Below the pieces are notes generated by a model. That model saw nothing but the letters and a program-made list of their open reading frames with translations, ran no database searches and was not told where the DNA came from. DNA of 34,452 nt from Candidatus Adlerbacteria bacterium (GTDB taxonomy: Bacteria > Patescibacteriota > Minisyncoccia > Phycocordibacterales > SBAW01). The translations under genes were made by a program, and so were the position numbers. The stretch's first letter is position 1. Each line of letters begins with the position of its first letter. The stretch lies in NCBI GenBank assembly GCA_903915735.1, contig CAIWUA010000073.1, forward strand, positions 1 to 34,452, in the 5' to 3' direction. This document shows positions 1 to 11,900 of the stretch, piece by piece.

Positions 1-851
1 ACCGGCTTAAGGGCACCTTTAACGTACTCGCGATCAAAGCGCCGGGCTATGGCGATCGCAAAAAGGAGATGCTGGCAGACATTGCGGCGGTGACCGGCGG
101 CGAGGTTGTCTCGGAGGAAAAGGGGCTTAAGTTTGAGGACGCAACACTTTCGGTACTTGGCCGCGCGGGCAAAGTGATTGCGACCAAAGACAAGACGGTT
201 ATTGTCGGCGGCAAAGGCGCCAAAAAAGATATCGACGCGCGCGTGGCGCAACTGCGCGGCCAAATTAAAGAAACCACGAGCAAATTTGATAAAGAAAAGC
301 TCGAGGAGCGTTTGGCCAAGTTGAGCGGCGGTGTGGCGGTGATCCGCGTCGGTGCCGCGACCGAGACCGAGATGAAGTACCTTAAGCTTAAGATCGAGGA
401 CGCGGTCAACGCGACCAAGGCCGCTATCGAGGAGGGTATTGTCGCCGGTGGCGGCACGGCATTGGTTAAGGCCGCGCAAAAAGTTGCCGAAAATTTTGCC
501 AAACAAAAAGACAAACTTGATGCCGCGACGCGCGTTGGGTACGAAGTAGTACTTAAGGCTCTTGAGATGCCGCTGCGCCAAATTGCGTTTAACGCGGGCG
601 TTGACGCGGGTGTGGTGGTAGACAAAGTCAAAAATGCCAAAGGCAACGCCGGTTATGACGCGGTTAAAGACGAGGTCGTGGCCGACATGCTAGCGAGCGG
701 TATCGTCGACCCGGTCAAGGTCACGCGCACCGGGCTCGAGCGCGCCGCCTCGGCTGCCGCGATGCTGCTCACGACTGAAGCCGCCGTCGCCGAAGAGCCC
801 AAGGACGAAAAAGAAAACTCCAACTCCCCAATGGGCGACATGGACTACTAA
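1..851 (+). CDS. groEL: Chaperonin GroEL (Cpn60), C-terminal part; the 5' end lies outside the window
   Basis: The frame starting at nt 3 reads [39 protein letters not shown], then [10 protein letters not shown] and [27 protein letters not shown]. These are canonical GroEL motifs. Stop TAA at 849-851. Confidence 0.95.
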   Translation, partial: RLKGTFNVLAIKAPGYGDRKKEMLADIAAVTGGEVVSEEKGLKFEDATLSVLGRAGKVIATKDKTVIVGGKGAKKDIDARVAQLRGQIKETTSKFDKEKLEERLAKLSGGVAVIRVGAATETEMKYLKLKIEDAVNATKAAIEEGIVAGGGTALVKAAQKVAENFAKQKDKLDAATRVGYEVVLKALEMPLRQIAFNAGVDAGVVVDKVKNAKGNAGYDAVKDEVVADMLASGIVDPVKVTRTGLERAASAAAMLLTTEAAVAEEPKDEKENSNSPMGDMDY

Positions 852-853
852 CC

Positions 854-880
854 TTGCAATTTGTGCACAAATGATACAAT
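854..880 (+). promoter_or_regulatory. Putative sigma70 promoter of lemA-htpX: TTGCAA (854-859), 15-nt spacer, extended -10 TGATACAAT (872-880)
   Basis: Hexamers read directly from the sequence. The 10-bp palindrome TTGTGCACAA (861-870) lies in the spacer. The lemA ATG is only 6 nt after the -10, which suggests a leaderless mRNA. Confidence 0.45.
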
Positions 881-886
881 AGCGGC

Positions 887-1444
887 ATGATTACTTGGAT
901 ACTCGTTGCCGTACTGGTACTTGCTGCGGTGTGGGTCATTGCCGCCTACAACCGCTTTGTACGGTTTGTTATGCGCGCCAAAGAGGCCTGGGCCGACATC
1001 GACGTGCAGCTTAAGCGGCGCTACGACCTTATACCCAACTTGGTTGAGGCGGTTAAGGGCTATGCGAGCCACGAAAAAGGCGTGTTCGAAAATGTAACCA
1101 AAGCGCGTGCTGCCGCGATGGACGCCGGCAGCTTGGAGGAAAAAGGCAAGGCCGAGGACGCGCTTGGCAAAACACTCAAGAGCCTCTTTGCCGTCGCCGA
1201 GGCGTACCCCGACCTCAAGGCCAACCAAAACTTTTTGGAGTTGCAGCGCGAGCTCGAGGATACCGAAAATAAAATCCAAGCGGCGCGCCGCTTTTACAAC
1301 GGCAACGTGCGTGATCTCAACACCGCGATAGCCTCATTCCCCGGCAATGTCATCGCAGAGATGTTTCGCTTTGAGCCTAGGGAGTTTTTTGAGCTGGGCG
1401 CCGAGGATTCTGCCGCACGACAACCCGTGCAGGTAAAATTCTAA
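887..1444 (+). CDS. lemA: LemA family membrane protein
   Basis: N-terminal TM helix followed by YNRFVRFVMRAKEAWADIDVQLKRRYDLIPNLVEAVKGYASHEKGVFENVTKAR, the typical LemA signature. 185 aa. Confidence 0.9.
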   Translation: MITWILVAVLVLAAVWVIAAYNRFVRFVMRAKEAWADIDVQLKRRYDLIPNLVEAVKGYASHEKGVFENVTKARAAAMDAGSLEEKGKAEDALGKTLKSLFAVAEAYPDLKANQNFLELQRELEDTENKIQAARRFYNGNVRDLNTAIASFPGNVIAEMFRFEPREFFELGAEDSAARQPVQVKF

Positions 1445-2335
1445 ATGGCTACTTTATACACGCATCAGGAAGAAAACGTCGCCAAAACATGGGTCATCAT
1501 GGGCGTCTTTTTGTGCGTCGTCATCGGTCTTGGGTGGGCTATCTCTTTTTACTTTAACAATCCGGGCATTTTACTATTTGCCGTTGTCTTTGCTGTGGGG
1601 ATGAACGTGTGGAGCTACTGGAACAGTGACAAAGTAGTGATAGCTCTGTCGCGCGCCAAGCCCGCCGACCCTGTGCAATACGCCGAGTTGCACCGCATAG
1701 TCGAAAATCTGAGTATCACCGCCGGCCTACCCAAACCAAAGGTGTACATAGTCGACGACCCGGCGCCTAACGCCTTTGCCACCGGCCGCGACAAAAACCA
1801 CGCCGCTGTGGCCGTGACCTCGGGCCTGCTTGCCATGATGGATAAGAGCGAGCTCGAGGGCGTCTTGGCGCACGAGTTAAGCCATATTGGCAACCGCGAC
1901 ATGTTGGTGTCGACGATTGCGGTGGTGTTGGTGGGGTTTGTCGCACTCGCCTCAAACTTTTTTATGCGGTCAATGTTTTGGGGCGGCAACGGGAATAGGG
2001 AAGAGAAGCAAAATCCCATTTTGATGATTGTGGCGGTGGCGTTTATCGTGTTGGCGCCCATTGTCGCAACGCTGCTGCAGCTGGCTATCTCGCGCAAGCG
2101 CGAGTTTTTGGCCGATGCCTCGGGCGCACTCCTAACACGCTACCCCGAAGGCTTGGCCAACGCGCTGTGCAAAATAGGCGCCTACGCGCAGCCCATGCGC
2201 ACCGCCAACAATGCCACCGCGCACCTGTATATCTCTAATCCTTTTGGCCCCAAGGCAGCCAGCTCGGCCCTAGCGCGCCTCTTTATGACCCACCCGCCAA
2301 TAGAGGCTAGGATTAAGGCTCTTTTAGACAATTAG
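1445..2335 (+). CDS. htpX: Zinc metalloprotease HtpX (peptidase M48)
   Basis: HELSHIGNRD (HExxH) motif, four hydrophobic segments, and C-terminal THPPIEARIKAL. The start ATG directly abuts the lemA stop (TAAATG). Confidence 0.9.
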   Translation: MATLYTHQEENVAKTWVIMGVFLCVVIGLGWAISFYFNNPGILLFAVVFAVGMNVWSYWNSDKVVIALSRAKPADPVQYAELHRIVENLSITAGLPKPKVYIVDDPAPNAFATGRDKNHAAVAVTSGLLAMMDKSELEGVLAHELSHIGNRDMLVSTIAVVLVGFVALASNFFMRSMFWGGNGNREEKQNPILMIVAVAFIVLAPIVATLLQLAISRKREFLADASGALLTRYPEGLANALCKIGAYAQPMRTANNATAHLYISNPFGPKAASSALARLFMTHPPIEARIKALLDN

Positions 2336-2345
2336 CCTTTTGTAC

Positions 2346-2374
2346 TTGACTTTATTGCACAACCGTGCTAACAT
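2346..2374 (+). promoter_or_regulatory. Sigma70-like promoter: TTGACT (2346-2351), 17-nt spacer, extended -10 TGCTAACAT (2366-2374)
   Basis: Near-consensus -35, optimal spacing and a TGn extended -10. It sits 11 nt after the htpX stop. Confidence 0.55.
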
Positions 2375-2426
2375 AGCACGTGGAAGGCTCCTGCGCAAAT
2401 GTAGGGGTCGGAGCAAGGGGACTTAC

Positions 2427-2639
2427 ATGAGCAACACTCTTGTTGTGACTGGTAAACCGGCTTGGCTGCGCTTTGAAGACTTTCAGGGGCCAGTGCCCCA
2501 GGAAGAGCGCGAGGCGATCCGCCTGGATCAAATAAAGGGCAAAGGTTTTAAGCGCAATCAGCGCTCCCGTCGCAGCTACACCGAGGCGGATTTGGGAGCC
2601 GGACAGTGGGGGTGTTCGATCCACCGCAGTCTTCGCTGA
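2427..2639 (+). CDS. Small basic hypothetical protein (70 aa), or alternatively part of a roughly 310-nt non-coding transcript
   Basis: ATG at 2427 is preceded by the SD-like AAGGGGA (2415-2421, 5-nt spacing). Product: MSNTLVVTGKPAWLRFEDFQGPVPQEEREAIRLDQIKGKGFKRNQRSRRSY... The unit is bounded by its own promoter and a strong terminator. I recognise no family. Confidence 0.35.
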   Translation: MSNTLVVTGKPAWLRFEDFQGPVPQEEREAIRLDQIKGKGFKRNQRSRRSYTEADLGAGQWGCSIHRSLR

Positions 2640-2647
2640 TAGTTTTT

Positions 2648-2693
2648 GGGGCGGCGAGTTGCAGCAATGCAACGAGCCGCCCCTTTCGTTTTA
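2648..2693 (+). terminator. Rho-independent terminator
   Basis: Long hairpin GGGGCGGC-GA-GTTGCA-gcaa-TGCAAC-GA-GCCGCCCC followed by TTTCGTTTT. Confidence 0.75.
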
Positions 2694-2713
2694 TGTTATA
2701 TTTTGTGCGCATT

Positions 2714-2798
2714 GGAGGCGTCGCATAGCGGTCTAGTGCACCGCCTTGGAAAGGCGGCATACCGAAAGGTATCGAGAGTTCGAATCTCTCCGCCTCCG
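2714..2798 (+). tRNA. tRNA-Ser (anticodon GGA), class II with long variable arm; CCA not encoded
   Basis: Acceptor GGAGGCG/CGCCTCC. Anticodon stem CCGCC/GGCGG with loop TTGGAAA. Variable arm CATACCGAAAGGTATC. T-arm GAGAG-TTCGAAT-CTCTC. An extended -10 TGTTATATT lies at 2694-2702, just upstream. Confidence 0.92.
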
Positions 2799-2935
2799 CA
2801 ACTTATTTTTTGACGGTTTTTTTCAAACAATACTCGAAGTATAGATAGCCATCTATTATCCCCAATTTAGCCTTTTGTTGCAGGCTATTTTTCCAATTCT
2901 TCATATAAAATTAACGGAGGGGATGTACCCCGTTT

Positions 2936-5900
2936 ATGGCTCTACGCCTGCATACGGTCTTTGGAGTATTTTTTGCTGTTTTGGCGCTCTATGGTGCACC
3001 CTTGTTTGTCGCGCACGCGGCGTGGGATCATACTCCCTATGCCGCCGGTCAAACCCTCAACCCCGAGTGCGGGCCAACCGACGAAAACTGCACCGTTAAT
3101 ACTAATTATTTTTCGCAGCCGGTAGGGTTTGCCACCACAACGCCCGCGGCGACGGTAGAGATAGCGGGCTCGGGCAGGGGCAACACCTTTTTGGGCAGCG
3201 GTAGTTCGCTGTTAAACATTGATGCGGCCAATGAGGGTCCGTGGGGGCTCACCTTCCAAAACGATGTTGCCGGCATGGGCAACGAAGTGGGATTTTATCT
3301 CGGCAATGACGGGACATTCCACCTGAGCGACAATATTGGCCACTTTCTTTTTAACGCGTTTCAAAACGGCAACGTAACGCTCGCTCAGTACGGCGGCAGG
3401 GTGGGTGTCGGCACCAGCAACCCCCAAAGCACGCTCGATGTCGGCGGCGACATCGGGATCTCAGGATATAACCGCTATCTCAACTTTAATGTCGATAATT
3501 TTGGTGTCGGCTCGGGCGGCTTTGGCTTGCGCGACAACGGGGGCACCATCCAATACAAAAACCTCGGCGGCAGCTGGACCGACCTCAGCCAAAGCGCCTG
3601 GGAGACCAACGGCAGCGGGATCGACTATGGCGGCGGCAGTGTTGGCATTGGTACCACCGAACCTAAAACAACCCTCACGGTCAACGGCGCGCTCTCGACG
3701 CTTTTGGAGGGCGATGTATTTAAGCAATATGACCCCACCACCGGGGAAGGGAATCTTTACCCGCTGCTTGGCCGCTATTTTGACGAAAGTGGGAGCCCAT
3801 ATAGCGGTATGACTTTCCTCTTTGGCTCCGGCCCTAGCGCTGCGGTTGGTATAGAAAAGCCGGGCGGAGACAAAGTAAATCTCTTCCGCGTGCGCGCGGA
3901 CAACAGCACCTTTACCGGCAATGTCGGGATAGGCACCACTAACCCGACATCCAAGCTCGATGTGGTAAGTATGCCCGGCACCGATGTGGGCGACTCGGTC
4001 GCCTCGTTTACCTCAAACGACACTTGGCAGTCTGGGTTTACCGTCTCCAACACATCCTCCGAGGCCGCGTGGTCCTTTATGGTCGGTGGAGACACAAACA
4101 ACTACAGCGGTGTGGATGTGGGGAACTTTGGTTTTTATAACGCAGCGTCGGGCAACTTTCCGTTTATCATGCAGCGCAGCTCCAACAATGTTATTCTCAC
4201 GCGAGACAACGGCCGGGTGGGTATCGGCACCTCAAACCCCAACGCCAAGTTGCAGGTTGATGGTCTTGTAACCGGCGACAGCTTTGGTGTCGGGCAAAAC
4301 ACCTGGCTCACCAACAGCGCGCCGTGGTACGGCATTGGCCTCAGCGACCTGTCGCTGCCGCGCACCGAGGATGCCGGGCGCGCCGTGCAGGTGGCGGGCT
4401 ACGGCGGGCTCAACTTTATTACCTCGGGCGGGCAGATGGTGCTCAACGACCAAGGCAAGGTAGGTATCGGCACCAACGACCCGCAATCGACGCTCGACGT
4501 CAACGGCGACATCCGTATAACCGGCAGTGACCACCGACTCTACTTCTCCGACGGTTCGTCGATGTGGACCTCTTCGAGCACCAACGCCAGCGGTGTCGAC
4601 AGCGAGGGCGACATCAACTTTACCACCGGCGGGCAAATAAATTTGATTACCGGAGACGGCTTTGCAACGAGCTCAAAACTCACGGTCAAAAACAACGGCT
4701 GGATAGGCATCGGCACGCAAGACCCGACCTCGCCGCTTGATATTTATGATAACCAAACCGGCCAGCGCAATCTTTTAACGCTGCAGAGCTTTTTTGACGG
4801 CGGCGACCAGGGGCCGGGGATACTCTTCCGCGATACCAACAACCCGGGCGGTGACGGCGCGGCCGGTATCCGTGCGATTTCATCCGGCCAAGGCGAGGCG
4901 GGACTTGCATTTGATACCAACTACAGCGGGAGCCTCAACGAGGCGATGCGCATAGACTCTCGCGGCCGCGTGGGCGTCGGCACCAACAACCCCGACGAGA
5001 TGCTGCAGGTCAACGGGCGGGCTAGTGCCGACAGCTTTTCGGTAGGCCAAGCGACCGAGGATAATTTCAACAACTCGCCGTGGTATGGCATCGGGCAGAG
5101 CAACATAACGCTCCCTGGTACCGACTACGAGTTTGGGACAGCTGTGCAGGTTGCGGGCTACTACGGGCTCTTGTTCCAAGCGGCGGGAGGTCAAGCGGTG
5201 TTTAATCAGCAAGGCAACTTTGGCATTGGCACGACCGCTCCCGCGACGATGCTCGATGTAGCTGGCTCGGCGCGTCTTACCAGCACGACGGGCGACACCT
5301 ACCTTAACTTCGGCACGAGCACGACCGGTGCCGACGGCTACGGCGTACGCTTCCACGCTGGGGTGATGCAGTTTCGCAACAATGGCGGCGACTGGACCGA
5401 CCTTGGCACTGGCTACGGTACACCCACCACCACTATCAACATTGCGGGCCCCGGAGGCAACGATGGTCTCAAATTTTCGTCGACCTACAGCTCACCAACC
5501 GGTTGGGCGGGCAATGTGATCGGCTCATCCACCAACTATTTGTATGTACAAAACAACAACAGGGGTTTTGATGTCGTAGACATCACCAATCGCGCGCACC
5601 CGGTAAGGGTGGCGAGTTACCAAACCGGCTCGTCGTGGATTAACCAGTCCTTCTCGTTTGGGAGCACGGTGTATCTCATTGGCTATGACGGTCGGTATCA
5701 CCTCGAGATTATCGATGTGTCCGACCCGACCCACCCGGTAGAGACGGGCACCTACTACTCAACCAGCGCCGACCACGTATACCAAGGTGCCGCGTGGGGA
5801 GGCGAAGTGTATCTTAAAAACGACAACGGTTACATCGAGGCGGTTAATGTATCAAACCCGGCGTCTCCGCAGGTCGACGCTGTGATCCATGCGCACTCAG

Positions 5901-8900
5901 ATGACGGACCTTTTTGGAATCCTCCGCACGCGAGCGGCAACCGGCTCTTTGTGGCCGACTACAACGGTGACGTCGAGATATTTGACGTCACCGACCCGAC
6001 CGCGCCGGTGTGGAAGTCGAACTACCACTCGGCACAAGGGTGGGCCTATCACTACACAATCTCGGGTAATTATTTGTACGAAAACTTTAACAACTTTGAG
6101 GTGGTCGATATCCATGACCTCACCAGCCCGACCCTGGTGGCCACCTACAGCTCGCCGTCGTCATGGATAGACGCACCGACCGTGTCGGGGGCCTATGCCT
6201 ATGCCGAGAACAACAACAGCCAGCTCGAAGCCATTGATATCAGCAACCCTGCAGCACCCACCTTTGTAACTACTTACGCCTCGGCGAGCGGCTGGTTGAA
6301 CGGCTCTCCTTTTATTGACAATGGGTACTTGTACACAGAGAACAACAACAACCAATTAGAGGCCATCGACATCAGCAACCCGCACGTGCCCATTGCCGCG
6401 ACCTTTACCGGCGGGCGCGTGGGGGTGGGCACGCTGTCGCCCGATGCGGCGCTGTCGGTAGTAGGCACCGGCGGCAATGTGCCCGTGTTCAAATCACACT
6501 ACATCTCGCCCACTAACTATCTTAATACTCCCTTTGTACTCAACTCGATTGCGTATAGCGAAAACGATAACGGCGCGATAGAGATAATCGACGAGACCGA
6601 CCCGACGCACCCGGTACTTGATGCAACTTATGCCTCGACGACGGGATCGCTGCGCGTGCCTATGGCTGCCGGCAACGCACTGTATGCGGTCAATAACAGC
6701 GACGGCTCTATCGAGGTTGTAGATGTTACCAACAAATCGGCCCCAACCTACCTGACCTCGCTGGTGGGTCAAGAGGGCTCGACGTTTAATTACTTTACTA
6801 TCAGCGGGTCGCACCTATACGCGGTTGATACGGCGGGGAATCTTGAGATCTTTAACATCTCCGATCCTTCAAACATTACACTAGACGACGCGTTTACTGC
6901 GTCGACCGGCCTTGATTACAACAATGTTATTAGTGCTCAAGGCACGTGGGTCTACGTGCGCACAACTGACGAAGATATAGATATTATAGACGCCTCCACG
7001 CCGTCGGCCCCAACCGACGAGGGTACCTACAGCCCGCATACGGGCATCGTACGCTCTTTCTTTGCGGCCGATGGGGTGCTGTATATCCAAAACAGCAGCT
7101 ACAACATCGAGATAGCCGATCTCCAAACCCCGAGTAGTCCTGTCTATCGCTCAACCTACGATGTGCCGACCAATCTGTTTATCCGGTCCGGTGCCGAGGA
7201 GGAAAACCGCTTCCTTTACATCCCCGATAACGACTGCTCGATTGAAGTCGTCGATGTTAACGACCAGTATAATCCGCGGTTGGTGTCGGTGTACAAGGGG
7301 CCCAGCAACTGCGCAGGGAATGCTTTTGTGGACTCTAACAAGTTGTACGTAATAAACGGCAACGACCAGCTCGAAGTTGCCGACATCTCGAGTGTGCCGC
7401 ACCCCAGCAGTGCGGCCACCTTTGAGGATGGCCTGGTCGGCATCGGTACAAATACTCCGCACGCCACACTCGACGTCAACGGCAATGTCGCTCTCTCGGG
7501 CTACAACCGCTACTTTAACTTTAATGCCGACAACTCCGGTGTGGGCCAAAACGGCTACGGCTTCCGTGACAACAGCGGGACCATACAATACAAAAACGCG
7601 GGCGGCACGTGGAGCGACTTCTCTGCTCCGAGCGGCTGGGTGGCCGAGAGCGACGGCAGCACACGCTTTGGCTCGGGCACTTACACGCTGAGCGGCTTGC
7701 CGACCAAATCATCCGACATAACCGACGGACTCTTTCTTTACCCGGTTAATGTCAACAGCAACACCGACTGGCGCTACTATATCGACGACGACTCGACCGA
7801 CTCGTTGTCCTTTTATGGCAATAGCTGTGCTAGCGACTGTCACAACGCAAGTGCAGCATCGGTCATCATGCACCTCAACGCCTCGGGCGAAGTAGGCATC
7901 GGCACAAGCACGCCCGCCGCCAAGCTCGACGTGGCCGGGTCGGCGCGACTTATCGCCGACGGCGATGCGTATCTCAACTTTAACAGCACGACCAACTACG
8001 CGGGCGATACGATAGGCAACGGCGGCTACGGTATCCGCATGCACAACGGGGTGATGCAGTTTAGAAACGAGAGCGGCGACTGGACCGATATGGGCTCGGG
8101 TACCGGAAGTATTTCATCAACAACAGCGCTTACTCTTATCGGCACAACAACGCCGCCGGTTATCAGCGGCACTTCTACCTACGGCGATTGGCCGACCGCG
8201 GTGGCGATACAGGGCCACTATGCTTACAGCGTCAACTCAAACAGCGGGTCGTTTACCGTGACCGATATCACCAACCACAACAGTCCGGTGGTCGTCGATG
8301 TGATTACCGGGTTGGGGAGCGACTACGACTCGCCCGAGGACATCGCCGTGGCCGGGCACTATGCCTATGTGACCAGCGAAGGTAACGAACGACTGTATGT
8401 TGTCGACATATCAAATGCCGAAAATGTCTCGGTGGTGGGGTCGTACGACTTTTCAAGTTTGGGCAACGGGCCCGACCATATCAAAGTCGAGGGCTCTTAT
8501 GCGTATGTAACCGCGCCTAACGCCGGGCTCGCGGTGCTTAACATACAAAATCCTCTAAACATTACGCTCACCGGCTTTCTTAAGCTGCCGGGCGCCGATC
8601 CGTTGACGGTGCAAGGCTCGTACGTGTATGTCTCGGACGTAACCACCAATGATGTGTATGCCATTAATGTTGCCGACCCGGCGCACCCCGCTATTGTTGG
8701 CGGCATATCGGTGGCTTCTGCGTACGGACTCGATATGGCCGGCCGCTACTTGTATGTGGCCAGCAACAACTCCGGCGAGCTGACGGTCATTGATGCCGCC
8801 GATCCGTCGTCGCTCAGTTTTGTCACCTCGGTCGAGACAGACAACTATCCGGGGTTTGTAAAAATTGAAGGCAAGCGCGCGTATGTGAGCACCTCTAACG

Positions 8901-11900
8901 GTTTGGATGTCTTTGATATATCAGATCCGACGTCGCCCGTCTTTGTCAGTACCGCGCTCTCGGGCACGTATGTGGTTAATTTTGACACCGACGGGCAGTG
9001 GGGCTACGCGCTGGTTGAAGGCATTGGTGGCGCTTTGTTAACCGTGGACCTTGGTAGCTCGTATATCCAAAATCTTGCCGCCGGCGGGATCAAAACAACA
9101 TCGCTTACCATCGAGCACGCACTGAGCGCTCAAAGCGGCCTCTTCCAAAACGGGGTGTCGGTCGGCGGCAGTGTCTTGGCAAACGGCGGCATCTCGGCAA
9201 TGGGCCAGAGCAGCTTTGAGCGCATCGGGGTAGGCACCACCACCATGCGTGCCGGGCTCGACGTGGTAGGGAGCTCTAACGACCAAGTGGTCACGCTCAC
9301 CAGTGCGAGCGCAACTTCGACCGGCAACATTGTAGATATGGCCTGGGGCGATGGGGTGTTGGCAGCGGCCGAGGACGGCACGGTCACGATTTGGACCACC
9401 AGTGGTACTACGCTCCAGTGGCAAAGCACTATCACCGCGACGGATTCTATCAAAGCGGTTGCTATTGTCGGCTCGCTGCTCTTGGTGGGTGACGGCCGCT
9501 ATCTTAAAGCCTACGCTATAACCGACCCGACAAATCCCACATATCAAAACGAGGTCTACACCGGCGAGCAGATACGCGGCATCACAACATACGGCAATAT
9601 CGCCTATGTGGTTAACGACGCGTCTGTTATCGAGACCTACGATCTGGCCGTGCTTGTCGGCGGTTCGGACAACCCGTTCCTCGGCTATGCGTCGTTGAGT
9701 GGGACGCCGTATCATGTCAAGCTAAGTGCCGACGGAAATTATGCCTATGTCTCGGAGTGGGGCCGGGTGCAGGTGATAGATGTATCAAATCTAACCAGCC
9801 CGGTTAGTACCGGCGCATACGCTCCGGGTGACATCGGGGGCGGCGGTATAGCGGTTGGTAACGGCTATGCCTACACGACCCGCAACACCAGCGACGGCAA
9901 GAGTTTTGTCGTGCTCGATACCTCCGACCCAACGAACCCGGTGCCGGTCGGGTATGCCGATATAGGTATAGACCGCGAGTACACCGGTATGGTTGTTGTC
10001 GGCAGCACGGTCTATGTGTCCGACGGCGACCTCGACAGTGTATACGCTATTAACGTTTCTAAACCTACCCATCCGGTGGTGGTGGGACACAGCCCGACAC
10101 AAAGTTCCTACAATCGCGCGATTGCCACCGACGGCAGTGGCAACCTCTTTGTGGGCGAGTTTGGCACGCTCGAGGGCTTCTCGACGTCGGCGCAATCGCT
10201 CGCGGCATTGTTTATGAACGGCAATGTGGGCATCGGCACCAGCCAACCGCAGGCGCAGCTCGAAATTAGCGGGCAAGGTTCGGGCAACTTCTTTGGCGAC
10301 CCGACCTTGTTGGCTATCCATACTCAAGACGGCACGCCGTGGGGCATTGCGTTTGTTAACGACGCGGCCGGCTCTAACATCGGCTTTGGAGAGTTCCTTA
10401 CGAACGACGGCACGCTTGTTTTTGAAAAGGGGGACGACATGAACAATTTGTCGCTGACCCAGGACGGTCTTATGGGTATCGGCACGCGCACCCCCGACGC
10501 AAAATTGACGATTGCAAACGGTGGCATCCACCTGACCAACACGGGCGACAACTACATTAATTTTGGCGAAGCGCCGGGCGAGTTAACCGGTGCCGAAGGC
10601 TACGGTATCCGTATCCACAACGGCGCCATGCAGTTTAAAAACGAGGGCGGCGACTGGACCGACATGGGCTCGGGCGGCGGAGGCAACCTCAGTCTCAGCG
10701 GCAGCATGCTTACCACGACGCTTGGCACTACGACACAGTACACCGATGGTACCGGGGCTTTTGTAGACGGGACGACCGACCACGCGGTCATTGTGGGGCA
10801 AACTATTACTCCCGCCCACAACGGCATGTTGCAGTCGGTCGAGGCACTCATTCGCATGTTCGATGTCGACCACGATGGTCAGGTGATAGTAAAGATCTAC
10901 GATGATAACAACGGTACGCTGCTTGCCCAGGCCGATGCCCCGCAAGTTGCTCCGTATATGTATGGCGCGCCGGCAGACACGACGTGGACCTTTAACGCGT
11001 CGCGTCTCATGTTGCAGGCGGGCCATACCTATGATGTCGAGTTTGTGTCGCTCTCGAACAACGACATCATGCTCTTTGAGGCGGACGGCGACGCGTATGC
11101 CGGCGGCAATATGTATGACGGCCCGTACCACGGTTCGCTCACGCCGCAACCCGGCAACGACCTGCAGTTTAACGTCGTATACGGCGGACAGACAGGCGGC
11201 CTGGTCGAGGTGGGCTCGCTTGCCTCGCCGCTCTCGCTCAACCTACTCGGTTCGACCACGCCGATGACACTCGCTTCGACCAGTGTCGGGCAAACGCCGT
11301 GGGGTATGACCGTTGCGGGCGGGTGGGGCTATGTCGCCAATGGCGAAAGCGGCACGCTGTCGGTACTCTCACTCAGCAACCCCTTGCATCCGCAAACCGT
11401 TGCGACACTCTCGGGGTTTGGACAAAGTGGCGGCCCGACCGAGGTGCCCGAGGATGTCGCCGTGCAGGGCTCATACGCCTATGTCACCTCCGAGGAAGAG
11501 AGCCGGCTGTACGTGGTCGATATCTCCAACCGCGCCAAGCCCGCGATAATCTCTTCGGTCGAGTTTGGCGACTTGGGCGGCTCAAATTCGCCCGACCATG
11601 TGGTCGTGCAAGGCCAATATGCTTACGTGGCCGACGAGGACCAAGGGCTCGTGATTATCAACATCGGCGACCCCAAGCACCCGACCATCGCCAGCCGCAT
11701 GGGGAACAACGGCAGCCCCGAGCAGCTTGCGGTGCGCGGCAAATATGTCTATATCACCAACACCGACCAAAAAGGGCTCGATGTCGTCGATGTCTCTGAC
11801 CCGAGTGCGCCGCACATCGTGGGTCATGATGATATAGCGGGCGGGCCGTACGGCGTGACACTCGATAGTCGCTATGCCTATGTGACGCTTGGCATGAGTG

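Noticed and set aside
47-646. A 199-aa minus-strand ORF opposite groEL.
   Set aside because: The sense frame is unmistakably GroEL. The antisense product is low-complexity Ala/Ser/Thr-rich with no supporting signals.
2381-2640. tmRNA (ssrA), or a tRNA-like or intron-containing tRNA gene, suggested by the GGGTG-TTCGATC-CACC T-arm-like string.
   Set aside because: No 5'/3' acceptor-stem pairing with a G-U alanine identity pair, no GGGG...TTCGAC 5' motif, and no tag-peptide ORF ending in hydrophobic residues. The only complement to the 3' flank (GAAGACT at 2475-2481) would give a 160-nt 'tRNA' without a D-arm. It is kept as an open question in the findings rather than called.
2875-3099. A 74-aa + strand ORF overlapping the start of the giant gene.
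   Set aside because: It is out of frame with the giant ORF, whose signal peptide begins at 2936. Nothing independent supports it.
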